Shown here: piece after piece, positions 49,601-62,985 of the stretch
Position numbering within the stretch: the stretch's first letter is position 1
How the letters are laid out: each line of letters begins with the position of its first letter
Source of the DNA: Basidiobolus meristosporus CBS 931.73
Lineage: Eukaryota > Fungi > Basidiobolomycota
Assembly (NCBI GenBank): GCA_002104905.1
Contig: MCFE01000295.1
Span: 37,639-101,638 of the forward strand
DNA: 64,000 bases
Reading direction: 5' to 3'
The notes under the pieces: model-generated
What the model saw: only the letters and a program-made list of their open reading frames with translations
What the model was told of the DNA's origin: nothing
The model's database searches: none
Program-made: the position numbers and the translations under genes

Positions 49601-52600
49601 CCAACAAGATGCAGCAAATGACCATCATGTCAGAATGTGCAAGGTGACAAAGTCAGCCAGGAGCCAATATAGAAGTAACAACTGGCCAGAAAGATAATGT
49701 TGGTAAAATAGTGACTGACAAATGGTCAAATATGACTTGTATGGCAGAGCACTGGCTGTGATCCTTGTGATAACTCCTATGCTGGCTACTTGCTTCATGA
49801 TTGAGAGGCTTGTTACAGTAGCCACATGGTCTTTTTTCTCTTCTCTTACCATGTTAAATCAAAGTAGTCTGGTCCATGGGGCAAACAGTTTGACCTTCAA
49901 CAATGTAATGCTATTGTATCCCTTTTTGGTCAATACTCATGGTAACTTAAGACAGTCTTGTATTTGGGACACTGCACATACATGAATGTAAGATTCAATG
50001 ATGACCTGTCATAGTAAGCATTATAAGTAAAGCTGTGGCATCACATATCCACATGTATATAGCACTGTTTCCCCTTTGGTTTGATGCACTTCCATATATA
50101 TGCCCCCAAAAAATAAAGCAAAGTTGCCTGGTTCCCAACCAAACACCACTGTTGACAGCGGCAGAATAACAGTTAGACTACAGCTTGCTTTGATAGTCAG
50201 TGCAATAAGCAGAGTTACATCCAAAAAAGGCCATATGGACAGTGTGCCCACTGAAGGTAATAATGCAGACTCCTCAGGCTCCCAGTCAAGTAGGCAAATG
50301 AGATCCTCTGCCAAGCCTCAAGCTGACCATTATGCTCAGGCAGATGAGAGTGTAGCAAATGCAGTACCTTCAGTTGAAGACCAGCAAGTGGCTGTCATAA
50401 CATCACCATTGTCAATGTTAGCAAGTATGTTGTCAGCTCATACCAAAGCATTAACAAAGCAATTCAGTGCAGTGGCTGATAGGAAAGATGCAAGGGCCCA
50501 GAGAAATCAGGAAATAGTCCAGAAACTAGGAGCAGATAATATGTGTAGAGCAATCAACATGCTAGGCAGAGAAAGCAGTATCTTTGCAGCAAAGAAGAAA
50601 CTGAAGTAGCTCTATGTCACAGCCAAGAACGGAGACATATCCCAATGTAACTGTAGAGGAGTACTGTACAGTCTTTGAAGAACAACAATAGTGCCAAAAG
50701 ATAAACCCCCAGAAAAGCCTTTCACAGCATGGGAGGGAGACAATGTGGTGTTTATACTAAGGCCTAAATATCAACAGACATTGAAGATCTGTGAAGCTGC
50801 TGAGTGCAATAATGAAGAGTGGGCTAATATTCAAGAGGCTGACAGGGGTCTAGCATGCCATCAACCTAAGTTTAGCAAATCATCGGACCATCAGGAACTC
50901 AAGGCCAAGCAGAATGCTCTTGACCAGTTCCATGATCATTATTCTGGACTCAAAGAGGCAAATAGATTTTACGCCAGTATTGGTATGCTAAGAGAGTATT
51001 TTCACAATAGTGAAACTACCAAAGGTGAAGAACAAGGGTGCCATGGCTAATAACCAGCTTCTTCCTTAAGCGCTTGTTGCCAGCAGGGCTGAAAGCTCCA
51101 AACAAGCATCAAAGAGACCTCAGGTAGCTGGAGGAGGGCCAATAAGGGACAAGCACACGGACATGGATGCCACTAGCACAGCTTTAATCAAGGAAAAAGT
51201 GTAGTACTGCTCAAGAAGCACTCAGTCAAAGTAGTAGTCAAGGACCTAGCAGTGATAAAAGCCAGTGGCTTTCTAAGGAGTCTGTCACAACTATGGCTGA
51301 GAGCTGAAGAAAAGCAATAAAAAACATCAGGTTGCCAGGAGAGTGCCAGCAAAGGACAAGCAGGCCAAAACAGATGTGTCAGAGCAAACCTTTTCAAGGA
51401 GAAAATGTAGTTTATTATTAGAAGCACTCAGACTAAGTAGCAGTGAAAGACCTGGCAGTGATAATGGAACAGGTAAAGGGAAAATATCTACCCAAGTCTG
51501 AGACAGGAAGGCATAAAAGAAACTGCAGCTCTTGCCAATTAAATCCATAAGCCCTGAATAGACTGTATCCCATCATAGCCAAAAATCACCAACAAGAAAA
51601 CAGCTGTTTACACAAGAGTTGGAAGCACAGGCAGTTGAGTTACACTCCAGTAAGGTAGATGAGTTTGCAGAGAAAGTCAATTTGTCTACCACAGCCTCCA
51701 TGTCCTCCATTGTTGACAGAGTGGAGATCCCACTAACAGAAAAGGCTACAGCATCAAGAACTCAAAAGACAATCACAATGCCTTCAGTGGAATTCAAGAC
51801 ATTAATAGGCACACCAAGAGATTGTGTCACTTCTTCAAAAGCAGTGCTCAAGAAAATGCACCTGAATATTGCAATGATTCATTTCAGACACTGGTAGATG
51901 AGGTGCTAGTCCTTGCAGTGCCAGCTGAAGACCAAGATGCATGGGAACCAGTGCATGAACAGTGGCATAAAGCAGTTAAGATGCTGACAGAGTCATGGAA
52001 ATAAAGTGTTACAGCAAAAATACTTATTGAGTGGTGGACTTTAATGGAGTTACTTGTTGAGTGTGGGGCTGGACTTAATGCTAGCTTAGGGCAAAGGGAC
52101 TTGTTTAGGCCTACACAAATGGCAATTGAGGTACAACTGAAGTTTCAATGGAAATAAATAATTTGAATATTTGAAAAGTAAGAGAAATAGATGAGTCAGG
52201 AAGTAAGGAGTGTGAGAATGCAACAATAGCCAGTCAATGTGCACACATGTAGGAGGTGATCAAGTATACAGAGTTAGAAAGTGAGCAAATTGGCACAGAA
52301 CCAAACAACAGCCACTAATTATTGTGGAGATGAAAGTTTTGACTAATTTTTGTGTGAAATCTGGGGTGCAATTGTTTTCCAATGGTCTCTGCACAGTGTC
52401 CTAACAGGATCAATACCTCTTAGTCACAGGACTTTAGATTTTTGACAGGCTTTTGGCAGCAACATCTCTATGATTTCTTGTAGAACACTGCTGACAGCAG
52501 CAGAAGAACAGCTACACAACAGCTTGCTTTGACATTCAGTGGAACAAGCAGGGCTACTTCCAAAACAGGCCATATGGACAGTGTGCCCACTGAAGGGAAT

Positions 52601-53549
52601 AATGCAGACTCCTCAGTCCCTCAGCCAAGTAGGAATCTGAGAGCTGCTGTGGAGCTGCAAGCTGATCATTATGCTTGGGCAGATGCAGTTGTAGCAAATG
52701 CAGTATCTTCAGCTGAAGACCAGCAAGTGGCCATCATAACATCATTACCCCCCATACTAGCAAGTGGGTTATCAGCTTGTACCAAAGGATTAATGAAGCA
52801 AATAGGTGCAGTGGCTGATAGGATCAACCCAAGGGCCCAGAGAAACCAGGAATTGTCCAAAAGCAGGAGTAGCAGATAAAAGTTGTAGAGCAGTCAATTT
52901 CCCAGGTAGCAAAAGCAGTATCTTTGCTGCAAAGAAGGTGCTGAAGTAGTTCAATATCACAGCCAAGAATAGAGCCATTTCCCAGTGTCACAGAAGAGGA
53001 AAACTGTACAGTAGTTGAAGCACAACAGCAGTGTTCAAAGATAAAGCCCACAGACAAGCCTTTCACAGCATGGGAGGGAGACAATGTGGTGTTTATACCA
53101 AGACCTAAAAACCAAGAGACATTGAAGATCTGTGAAGCCAATGAGTGCAATAATGTAGAGTGGGCTCATATTCAAGAAGCTGTCAGAGGTCTAGCAAGCT
53201 ATCACCTTAAGGCCGGCAAACCATGTGACCACCAGGAACTCAAGGCCAAGCAGAATGCTCTTGACTTATTCATGAGCATTACCTTGGATTCAAACAGGCA
53301 AAGAGATTTTAGGCCAGCATTGGTTTGCTAAGGAAGTATCTTAAGAATAGCAGAAACTACTATAGGCGGAAGAACAAGGTCCATGGCCAAAAACCAGCAG
53401 CTTCCTTTAGAGCATGTTGCAAGCAGGGCTGAAAGCTCCAAACAAGCATCAAAGAGATGTCAGGTAGCTGGAAAAGTGTCAATGTGGGACAAGCAGGCAG
53501 ACATGGATGCACAAGCACAACATTTATTAAGGAAAAAGCTTGGTACCAC
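46630..53549 (+). mobile_element. Cluster of family X fragments (ORF-b/ORF-c units plus transposase N-terminal pieces in both orientations)
   Basis: Units at ~46810-48830, 50100-52490 and 52490-53549; transposase pieces at ~48830-49620 (+) and 49620-50050 (-). Confidence 0.7.
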
Positions 53550-54750
53550 TAAAGAGGTCTTATGCTGTATTATCACTAGTTTGGGGCTTGTTTGACAATG
53601 TAGAGGCTAATCAGCAATATACAACAACTTCCAGTATGCAAATACTGAAATAGTTTATTAGGAGTTTGATATACCAATAGAAGATATAACTTGCACTAAT
53701 ATCCTCAATATTAGGCTCAAAATATACTATAGGCAGTGTTTCTCACTACTACCGTAGTGTTCTGATCTTCTGTCCACTATTGGGCTTATTAGCTTTTGAA
53801 GTAGCTATTCCTTAATTGGTAGTGGCTTCCCTTTCTGAGAGAATATTTCCTTATATGGAAGTTTTGATCTTCTCCTTCAACCTAAAGGGGTGTGTTGCAG
53901 AAGTCTCTCATTGGGACTTTAGACCTAAAGGGTCATCTAAAAGGGTGTCTTTAGACTAAAGGGGCTTGTTACAGTGGTCTCTAAAGTGGACTTCACACTA
54001 AAGGGGTGCCTGAAGGGGCTTCTTCAGAAAAAAGGGACTTGTTAAAGGGGTCTCTAAAGTGGTCTCTACACTTAAGGGTGTCTAAAGGGGTTTCTTAGCA
54101 GGACTTATCCAACAGAAAAGTGGTAGTTTTCTTGTAGAACTTAGATTGGACTTTAGTGAGCTTTGCAGTCTCTTCAATAATGTAGTACCAATCAAAGTCA
54201 GAATACTCAGCAGTGCAAGTGATGCAGGGGAAGTCTTATAACCTTTAAACTTGTAACTGCAGTGTGGAGATTCTGGAAAGAGAGCCTCTCCTTTATTTTA
54301 CAGCTGGGGAAGTCATATATATGATAATTCTGAAGGATCAAAGCTTTTGGGCAAATGCTCAAGCAATACACATGATAGCAACCTAAAATTCTGCAGTACC
54401 TGTGAGAATATCACTTGATTTAATTGGCTGGCTTGAGAGTTACAAGCAATCAAAGTCACTATAGTAATCCTAGCAATAGAGGCCTTGTATATATGATAAT
54501 TGGGCTCTTTTGATCATAACTCCTTGAGTACTACTTCAAATAAGCTGTAATTTGAAAAATGTGTTGGCTACTGCATGTTCTGTATGACATAATACTCTTG
54601 GGTGGATTGCTCTCAGGGTCTGGATCATTTGTCCTTCAAAGCTGGGAATTCTTGATCTCTCACATGTGTGTTACAATAGCAAAAAGCAAAATAAACAAAT
54701 AGGTGCAACATTGGTTTTGAGATAATGTAGTAATGGAATACTTTCCATTG
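53550..54750 (-). mobile_element. 1.2-kb insertion in X ORF-b, possibly a 5' fragment of a third Copia family
   Basis: Flanked by CCAC direct repeats (53546-53549, 54751-54754); minus strand has TTGTAACA followed by LLEHLPKSFDP/IKERL gag-like patches. Assignment weak. Confidence 0.4.
53881..54095. repeat. Cluster of about a dozen CTAAAGGG(G)/CTAAAGTGG-like motifs, with inverted CTTTAG copies
   Basis: Read directly, e.g. CTTTAGACCTAAAG and CTTTAGACTAAAG mini-palindromes. Confidence 0.8.
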
Positions 54751-57060
54751 CCACAAAAGCACTCAGTCAAAGTGGTAGTGAAGGATGTGGCAGCAATCAA
54801 AACTAGCAACTTTCTAAGTAGCCTGTCACAACCACAGATGACAGCTCAAAATAAGCAGAAAAACAACATCAGGTTGCCAGAATAGTGCCAGCAAGGAACA
54901 GGCAGGCCAAAACAGATGAATCAGAGCAGAATTTGTCAAGGAGAAAATGTAGTTCAATACAAGAAGCACCCAGGCAAAGTAGCAGTGAAAGATCTGGCAG
55001 TAATAAGGAAAAGGTAAAGGGAAAATGTCTACCCAAGTCTGAGACAGGGAAGCATGCAAAAAAAGGTGCAATTGTTGCCAATTAATGCGGCAAGCCTGGA
55101 ACAGACTGAATCCTATCATAATCAAGAAGAGTCACCAACAAGAAAGCAGCTGTTTTCATCAGAGCTGGAAGCACAGGCAGTTCAGCTACACTCCAGCAAG
55201 GTGGATGAGTTTGCAGAGAAAGTCAATTTGCCTACCACAGCCTCCATATCCTCCATTGTCAACAGAGTGGAGATTTCACCAACAGAAAAGGCTAAAATGA
55301 CAAGAACCCAAAAGACTATCACAATGTCCTCAGTGGAATTTTGTAACATTGATAGGCACACCAAGAGGTAAGAGCACTTCTTCAACAGCCATGCAAAAGA
55401 AAACGCACTTAAGTATTGCAAGGATTTATTGCAAAGACTGGCAGATGAAGTGCTATACTTTGCAGTGCCAGCTGAAGACCAGGGTGTGAGAACCAGTGGA
55501 TGAGCAGTTGCATAAAGCCATTGGGCTCCTGCTGAAGTCATGGAAATAGAGAGTTACAGCAGAGTATTTATTGAGTGGTGGATTTTAATGGAGTTACTTG
55601 TTGAGTGTGGGGTTGGGCTTAATGTTAGTGTAAGGTATAGAGACTTCTATAGGTCAGTACAATTGGCAATTGAGGTGCAACTGAAGTTTCAGCGTAAACA
55701 AATAATTTGTATAAATGAGAAGTAAGAGAAACAGTTGAGTTGGGAAGTAAGGAGTGTGAAGATGCAACAATAGCCAGTCAATGTGCAAACATGTAGGAGG
55801 TGATCAAGTATACAGAGTTAGAAAGTGAGCAAATTGGCACAGAACCAAACAACAGTCACTAATTATTGTGGTGATGAAAAATTTGACTAATTTTTGTGTG
55901 AAATCTGGGGTGCAATTGTTTTCCAATGGTCTCTGCACAGTGTCCTAACGGGATCAGTACCTCTTAGTCATGGGACTTTAGATTTTTGACAGGCTTTTGA
56001 CAGCTGCATCAGTATGATATCTTATAGAACACTGCTATCAGCAGCAGAAGTACAGCTACACAACAGCTTGCTTTGACATTCAGTGGAACAAGCAGGGCTA
56101 CTTTCAAAAAAGGCCATATGGACAGTGTGCCCACTGAAGGGAATAATGCAGACTCCTCAGTCCCTCAGCCAAGTAGGAATTTGAGAACTGCTGTGGAGCT
56201 ACAAGCTGACCATTATGCTTGGGCAGATGCAATTGTAGCAAATGCAGTACCTTCAGCTGAAGACCAGCAAGTGGCCATCATAACATGATTACCACCCATA
56301 CTAGCCAGTGGGTTATCAGCTTGTACCAAAGGATTAATGAAGCAATTAGGTGCAGTGGCTGATAGGATCATTGCAATGACCCAGAGAAACCAATCAAAAG
56401 CCACTTATATATTGTTGAGTTGAAAAGTTTTGGCCAAGTTTTTTGTCAGATTTGGTGTGCAATTATTTTTTAATGATCTCTGCACAGTGCCCTGATGGGA
56501 TCATTATCTCCCAGTCACTGGACTTTAAATCTGTGAAAGCCTTTCAACATGATCATCACAATAATTTCTCCTAATGGTGTCAAGTTGTCATTGGTGATCC
56601 ACTTCAGGATAAATATTCCTACAATGTCAGCATACAACTCCCAATGCTTCCAATGTACTCTTTGTAGATATGACTTCAGAAGGGTGCTTAAATAAATACA
56701 TATCCATTTTATCCAATCATTGAGTTTGTATTGCTGCATATGCATATGAATATTGATCTTAACTCATGAGGAGTACTTAGGTTAGCAGATGCTTTGTAAT
56801 ATCTTGCTGGTTCTTGCATATTCCTCCCATATTTTGAAGGGCTTATTCAGCTTGAAATGCCCATGTACAACTTGGTGATTAGTATAGAGATACTGCTGAT
56901 AAGCAAATGCATTGCTCCTAGTTGAACGCTCTTGCTCCAATAGATACCCACTATCTTAAGTATCACTGAATTCCAATTACTTTCATATTCTGGTCAATGG
57001 CTTATAGCTTGCGAATTCTGTACATTCTCTCTGTGTGAAGATTATGTTCTAAGTGTTAGT
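54751..57060 (+). mobile_element. Family X fragments (ORF-b tail, ORF-c, duplicated junction unit, transposase piece on - at ~56580-57050)
   Basis: 55743-56392 duplicates 52199-52848; 56580-57050 matches 220-720. Confidence 0.7.
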
Positions 57061-57491
57061 CCAAGGGAGAGATATGTCCAACACTTCTGAAGTGTCTTGT
57101 GTGTGGGGTGTTCACTGGGTGCAATAACCTCCGGCAAAAGCTTGCTAGGAATACTTGGGTTCTGTCTCTAATATAATGTGAAGGGGAATAAAGCCACAAG
57201 CTTGTCAAGGGAAAACTATTGAGCTACAATCCCCAACTTAGTTGGTGTCTTAACAAAAGTATGTGCTGGGTTCAGCGTCCTTTGAGATGACAATGTACTA
57301 AAGCTTCCAAAGTCAAAACAACTGTTAACTCCACCAGCAGGGACTTGATAAGAATGCAGATGTGGTCAATAGTTACAAAGACAGAAAAGTATCTTTGCCT
57401 GTACAAGAACAAACTTGGGAAAGAATCAAATATAATAAAAGATACCTGCTCTGAGTATTCCTCACAAGTAGTGCCTCCAAGGTCAGTTGGC

Positions 57492-57813
57492 TGTCAGCAC
57501 GGTTTCCTGGGAGTGTCCTGTGGTCTGGGGTTGGAAGTTCAGGTAGCAGCAGGTAGCAGTGATCACACTAATCAACAAGTTGGTATATTGATAAAAGGGA
57601 TGATGATTTATTGTAGAGGGATAGCCTCCCTTATATACTTTTCTCACTGGCTAAGTGATTACTAATCATGGTGTTCCAGAAGGTTCCGGATATCAATAGA
57701 AATCTTAATGACATCAGAATGACCTAAGAATGTTCTAAGTAGGTGCCAGAAGGTTCTAAGAGGCACAGCACATCCAACCAATCAGGAATCAGTATTCTGA
57801 AACCTGTGTAACA
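57492..57813 (-). mobile_element. Putative LTR-like segment
   Basis: TGTCAGCAC...GTGTAACA ends; TATATAA then AATAAA on the minus strand; no convincing TSD. Confidence 0.35.
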
Positions 57814-58302
57814 TGGGGATACCATATATGGTATGGAAATGCTAGGGATGGTGACACAGGTTGATCATGTGTCATGGGTACTGGGACGGGTACTTGCCTA
57901 ACATAGAAGCACTTATAGCTAGTAATCTTACATAAAGTGAGGGGTAACTTATGCAATAAGGTAAGCAGGTGTGATTGTCAACCGGCTTATGGGATAGTAC
58001 TGATTGGGTAAGACAAATGGGATAAAACTAAAATAAGTGTAGTAGAGATGTAGGGAAGTAGAAAATAAGGGAATGAGCACATCTGTCAGTGGGTGTCACT
58101 GTCACCCCACTACAGCGCACCTATAAGGGGGACTAGAATCTAGCAGGGATAAGGAGTATATTGCCTAAATACAAAGAAGCTCTTTGAGGATATTCAGGAG
58201 GTATCCATGGCAAAAATGGTGGCAACCAAATATATGTTTATAAGATGTGTGTGTTACCAGTAATACAAGGTATATGGCAACTCTGCAAGTTTCACAGTAA
58301 AA

Positions 58303-61300
58303 TGTTGTAAGAGTCTTGGAGATATTGGAAGTGATTGGGAGAACAAGTAGATTATGTGGTTTTCACTTAATGATTTATTGAATGTAAAAGTAGTATTTAT
58401 ACTTTTACCTGATCTTGGCATTACAAGCATGTAGAATAGGTTAAGGAAGGTCCCAAGAACATGTGTGCAAAGTTTGGGGCTGTTTGGACAACTTTGAGAA
58501 TTTTCATGTTCTGGGTACCTGGTATTTTGGTGAAAATATTCTAAGTAAATCCCGACAAGGAATTTGGTCAGTATTCTCTAGGATTTGAAGGTGATGATCT
58601 AAGTGACTAAGTTAGGTGAATATTTAGGTGGAAATACAAATTTTTACAACACTCCCACTCAGCTAAATGTTCATACTGACTAGTTGTAATTTTGACCTAA
58701 GATATTCAAACTTGTCTCTAGCTAATGGTTTGGTAAATATGTCTGCAATCATTTCATCTGTAGGACAGTAAACTAAGCTAACTAAGTTATTCTCTATAGC
58801 TTCACGTATGAAATGATGTCTAATATCTATGTGCTTTGTTCTAGCATGAAAAGTTGGATTTCTACCTAATTGTATACATCCTTGATTATCTTGAAATAAA
58901 GTAATAGGCGTTTTTTGACATAGGCCTACATCTGTTAAGAGTTTTCTTAACCACATTGCTTCTTTTGTAGCTTCACAGGCTGCCATATACTCTGCCTCTG
59001 TAGTAGAAAGTGCTACAGTTGGTTGCTTTCTTGAATTCCATGAAATTGCTCCTTTACAGTAAAGAAAGGTATATCCTGTGGTGGATCTTCTGTCTTCCAA
59101 ATTTTGTCCCCAATCAGCATCAGAGTATCCCACAAGGTCCTGTTCTGAATCCTTATAAGTGTATCTTAAGCAGATATCAGCAGTTCCTTTTAGGTATCTA
59201 AAAATCCGCTTAACTGCTGCAATATGATCAGATCCATAGTTCTGATTATATTGGCTGACAACTCCCACTGAGTATGAGATATCTGGACGTGTTCTAAGCA
59301 TGCTATACATCAGACTGCCGACCATAGATTGATAAGGAAATTCAGGGCTTTCAGATGGCACCAAGCTCTCTTGATTCGGTTCAGTTTTGACCAAGTTAAG
59401 GTTTGTCTCCACTGGGGTAGCTGCCGGTTTACAGTCTTCCATTTTGTACTTCTTTAGTATATCTTGAATATACTTGGATTGGCTTAGGGTAATAGTCTGG
59501 GTACTTCTGTCTATGGAGAACTTAATCCCTAAGTAGTAACTGAGTTCTCCTAGATTGGACATCTTGAACTCCTTAGATAGGCTGGATTTAGTCTCTTCCA
59601 ATGTTTCTAGGTTATTGGCGGCTATAATAAGATCATCCACATATAGAGCTAATAGAACTGGATTTGCTCTATCTGGCTTATAGTATATACTATAGTCAGC
59701 ATTACTCCTTTTGAAACTCAAAGATTCCAAATAAGAATCTATCTTGCAATTCCAGGCTCTCAGTGATTGTTTGAGACCATATAGTGACTTTTTAAGCTTG
59801 CAGACCAAATGGGGGTTATCTTGGTCAACAAACCCATCAGGCTGGTCCATATACACGTCCTCATCAAGTTCTCCATTCAAAATGCAGTTTTTACATCCAT
59901 TTGATGAATAAAAAACTTATATTTGGCTGCAATAGCCAATATTAATCTGATGGAATTAAACTTGGCTACCGGTGCAAAGGTCTCAGTATAGTCAAGTCCT
60001 TTTGTTTGAGAGTATCCTTTGGCTACAAGTCTTGCTTTGTATCTTTCAATTGTACCATCAGTCTTGTATTTTGTCTTAAAGACCCATCTGCATCCAATTG
60101 ATTTTTGGTTGATTGGTAATTTGACTAAGTCCCAAGTTTGATTTTCCATCAGGGCCTGATATTCCTCAGTCATTGCAGATCTCCAAAACTTTGTCTGAGG
60201 GCTATTTAGGGCCTCTTTTACCGTCTGGGGTTCATCAATATGGACTGAATAGGCATAGGCTAAGTTTGTACCCTCATTGATATAGTAATTTGGGCTATTT
60301 CTTGTCCGATTGGATCTCTGGGCATTTGATACTGGAATGATCACTTCTGGGATATTCCTGGGCACTGATTCTGGCTGAACCACGGTTGTAGAGTCCTCTG
60401 GAGTGAAAAGAATTTCATTGTTTTGCTCTGATTCAATCCTGACAATTGGTGGACTTGAGATCAAATTTTTGTCATCATCTGATGTCATTTTTTGTGAAAA
60501 TTTTGAATTTTCATCAAACAACACATCCCTGGACTTGATCAGCTTCTTTGCTTTGGTATTGTAGAGTCTGTATGCCTTACTCTCATTGCAGTAGCCCAAA
60601 AATATGCATTTTACACTTTTTGGCTCAAATTTTGACTGATTTCCGGCCAGTTTTTTGGCATATGCTGTACACCCAAATATTCTTAGATGTTCTGCACTTG
60701 GTCTGTATCCATACCATGCTTCCAATAGAGTAGAATCACAAAGTATTCTGTTATAACTCCTATTTTAAGTTATACAGCAGTGGCAACTGATTCCGCCCAA
60801 AAATCATAGGATAATTTTTGATCATGGATCATAGATCTTGCCATATCAATTATTGATGTGTTAGCTTGTTCTACTGCTCCATTTTGCTGTGGGGAGTATG
60901 GTACAGTAGTCTCTTGCTTTATCCCATGAACTTTGCAGAAGTGGATGAAGAGTTTTGAGGTATATTCTCCACCATTGTCAGAGCGTATTTTCTTGATTTT
61001 TTCACCAGTTTCTCTCTCCACCATGGCTTTAAACTCCCTGAGCTTAGACAGAGCTTCTTCCTTTCTCTCCATGAAGTAGACCCATGTGTATCTTGTATAA
61101 TCATCAATAAAAGTGATTAAATACTTCATCCCGCCTAAGGATAAATTTTGCATAGGTCCACACAGATCTGAGTGAATTAGATCTAATTTTTTCTTAGTTT
61201 TGATTAACCCAGAGCTCTTGAACAGTTTTCTGGCTTGTTTCCCATATACGCAGGCTTCACAGTGCTCCAAATTAGCTGGGGGATCAATTTTCACTCCAGA

Positions 61301-62985
61301 AATTAGCTGATCTTTGATCATTTTACGCAAATAATCAAAATTGATGTGTCCAAATCTCCTGTGCCAAAGCATTGGTGTTTCTTCATTTAAGTTACTTATA
61401 TTGGCTTCCAAATATGATGGAATATAAGTCAACTTGTATAGATTTTTATCTCTGATGCCCAAAGCGATATGGGCACCATTTTGATCAGTGATCCTGCATC
61501 CAGAATTGTCAAAACTGAAACTGAGTCCTTCTGCTGTGGCCTTGCTTACAGAGAGTAGGTTCTTGGCTATTTCTGGTACATAGAGTGCTTCTTTAAAGGT
61601 CAGTGTATGGCTTCCTTCACTGCTTCTAAGGTTTACTTGGATAGTTCCTTCTCCCACTGCATCAAGTGTTCTATTGTCACCCATGAAAACCTTCTTAATT
61701 GGAATTTCTTGATATTGGGTAAAAAGTTCTTTTTGGTGTGTAAAGTGTTGAGAAGCTCCAGAGTCAATATACCACGTCTGAGAATCCATGTTTGTGGTCA
61801 TATTTAGTGCAGATATGAATAGTCTATCTTTAGTTGTTGCAGCATTTCCATATTCAGTCTTCTTTTGCTGATAATCTCTCTTTTTGAAACACCGGTCTGA
61901 GGTGTGTCCTTTCCTTTTGCAGTAGTTGCAAAATAGGTTGCTGTTGCCTTTGTAGGGTCTTGGGTACCTCCTTTGTTGGTTATCATTGCTTATTAAAGCA
62001 TTTTCTTCTTCCTTCTTATTGGCGCTTGATTTTCTTAATTCTTCATCCAGGAGCCTTCCATATACGTAATTTAAGGTCAAATCTTCAGTTCTGGACTCTA
62101 GGGCTGATACAAAGCCCTGAAACTCGTCTGTCAGGCTATTCAGGATGGTAACTATCACATCCTCATCAGTAGTTGGTACGCCCACAGATTCCATCTCATC
62201 TACCAGCAGGGTAATTCTGTTAATTAGATTTTTCATTTCTTCTCCTGGCAGCATCTTTGTAGTAAAGAATTTTTGTCTCAGATACATTTTCTTGGCAGCT
62301 GAACATGACTGGTAGGTGTCTTCTAATGCTTTCCAGGCATTCTTTGCTGTTTTTGCTCTTGAGCATTGAATTAGCAATTTGTCCTTGACATTAAGGCAAA
62401 TGCAGTTAAAGGCACTTTGTTCTTTCTTCTGGTACTTTAAGGCTTCCTCTCCCACGTTTTTAGGAGGGCATTCTTCTCCCATGACAATATCCCAAAGGCC
62501 TCTTTCTTGTAGCAGCATCTTCATCTTCACCTTCCACACTTGGTAGTTAGATCCATCCAACTTTTCAGCAGAGGGAAAAATTCCAGTAATAGCAGTAGTG
62601 GACATTGCAGAGAGTGACAGCTTGGGGCTCATAACCAGTTGTAAGAGTCTTGGAGATATTGGAAGTGATTTGGAGAACAAGTAGATTATGTGGTTTTCAC
62701 TTAATGATTTATTGAATGTAAAAGTAGTATTTATACTTTTACATGGTCTTGGCATAACAAACACGTAGAATAGGTTAAGGAAGGTCCCAAGAACATGTGT
62801 GCAAAGTTTGGGGCTGTTTGGACAACTTTGAGAATTTTCATGTTCTGGGTACCTGGTATTTTGGTTAAAATATTCTAAGTAAATCCCAACAAGGAATTTG
62901 GTCAGTATTCTCTAGGATTTGAAGGTGATGATCTAAGTGACTAAGTTAGGTGAATATTTAGGTGGAAATACAAATTTTTACAACA
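58303..62985 (-). mobile_element. Young Ty1/Copia family B copy 1 (B1)
   Basis: 349-bp LTRs 62637-62985 and 58303-58651 (9 differences by eye); PBS 62623-62636; PPT GAGTGGGAG 58652-58660; flanks TAAAA and GCTGC do not match. Confidence 0.97.
58663..62632 (-). pseudogene. Copia B1 Gag-Pol (1324 codons if two 1-bp deletions are restored; one stop)
   Basis: MSPKLSL start inside the PBS; CNYCKRKGHTSDRC, WYIDSGAS, WHRRFGH, HSDLCGP, SDNGGEY, HQMDVKTAF, LYVDD, DADWG. TAA at 60770-60772; frameshifts in A-runs at ~60765 and ~59881. Confidence 0.93.

Noticed and set aside
53881-54095. Telomeric or interstitial telomere repeat
   Set aside because: CTAAAGGGG is not a tandem TTAGGG/TTTAGGG array; spacing is irregular.
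62633-62764. 44-aa N-terminal extension of B Gag through the LTR, as in the ORF track
   Set aside because: It lies within the LTR upstream of the PBS; homology to family A Gag and to the 8113 copy starts at MSPKLSL.
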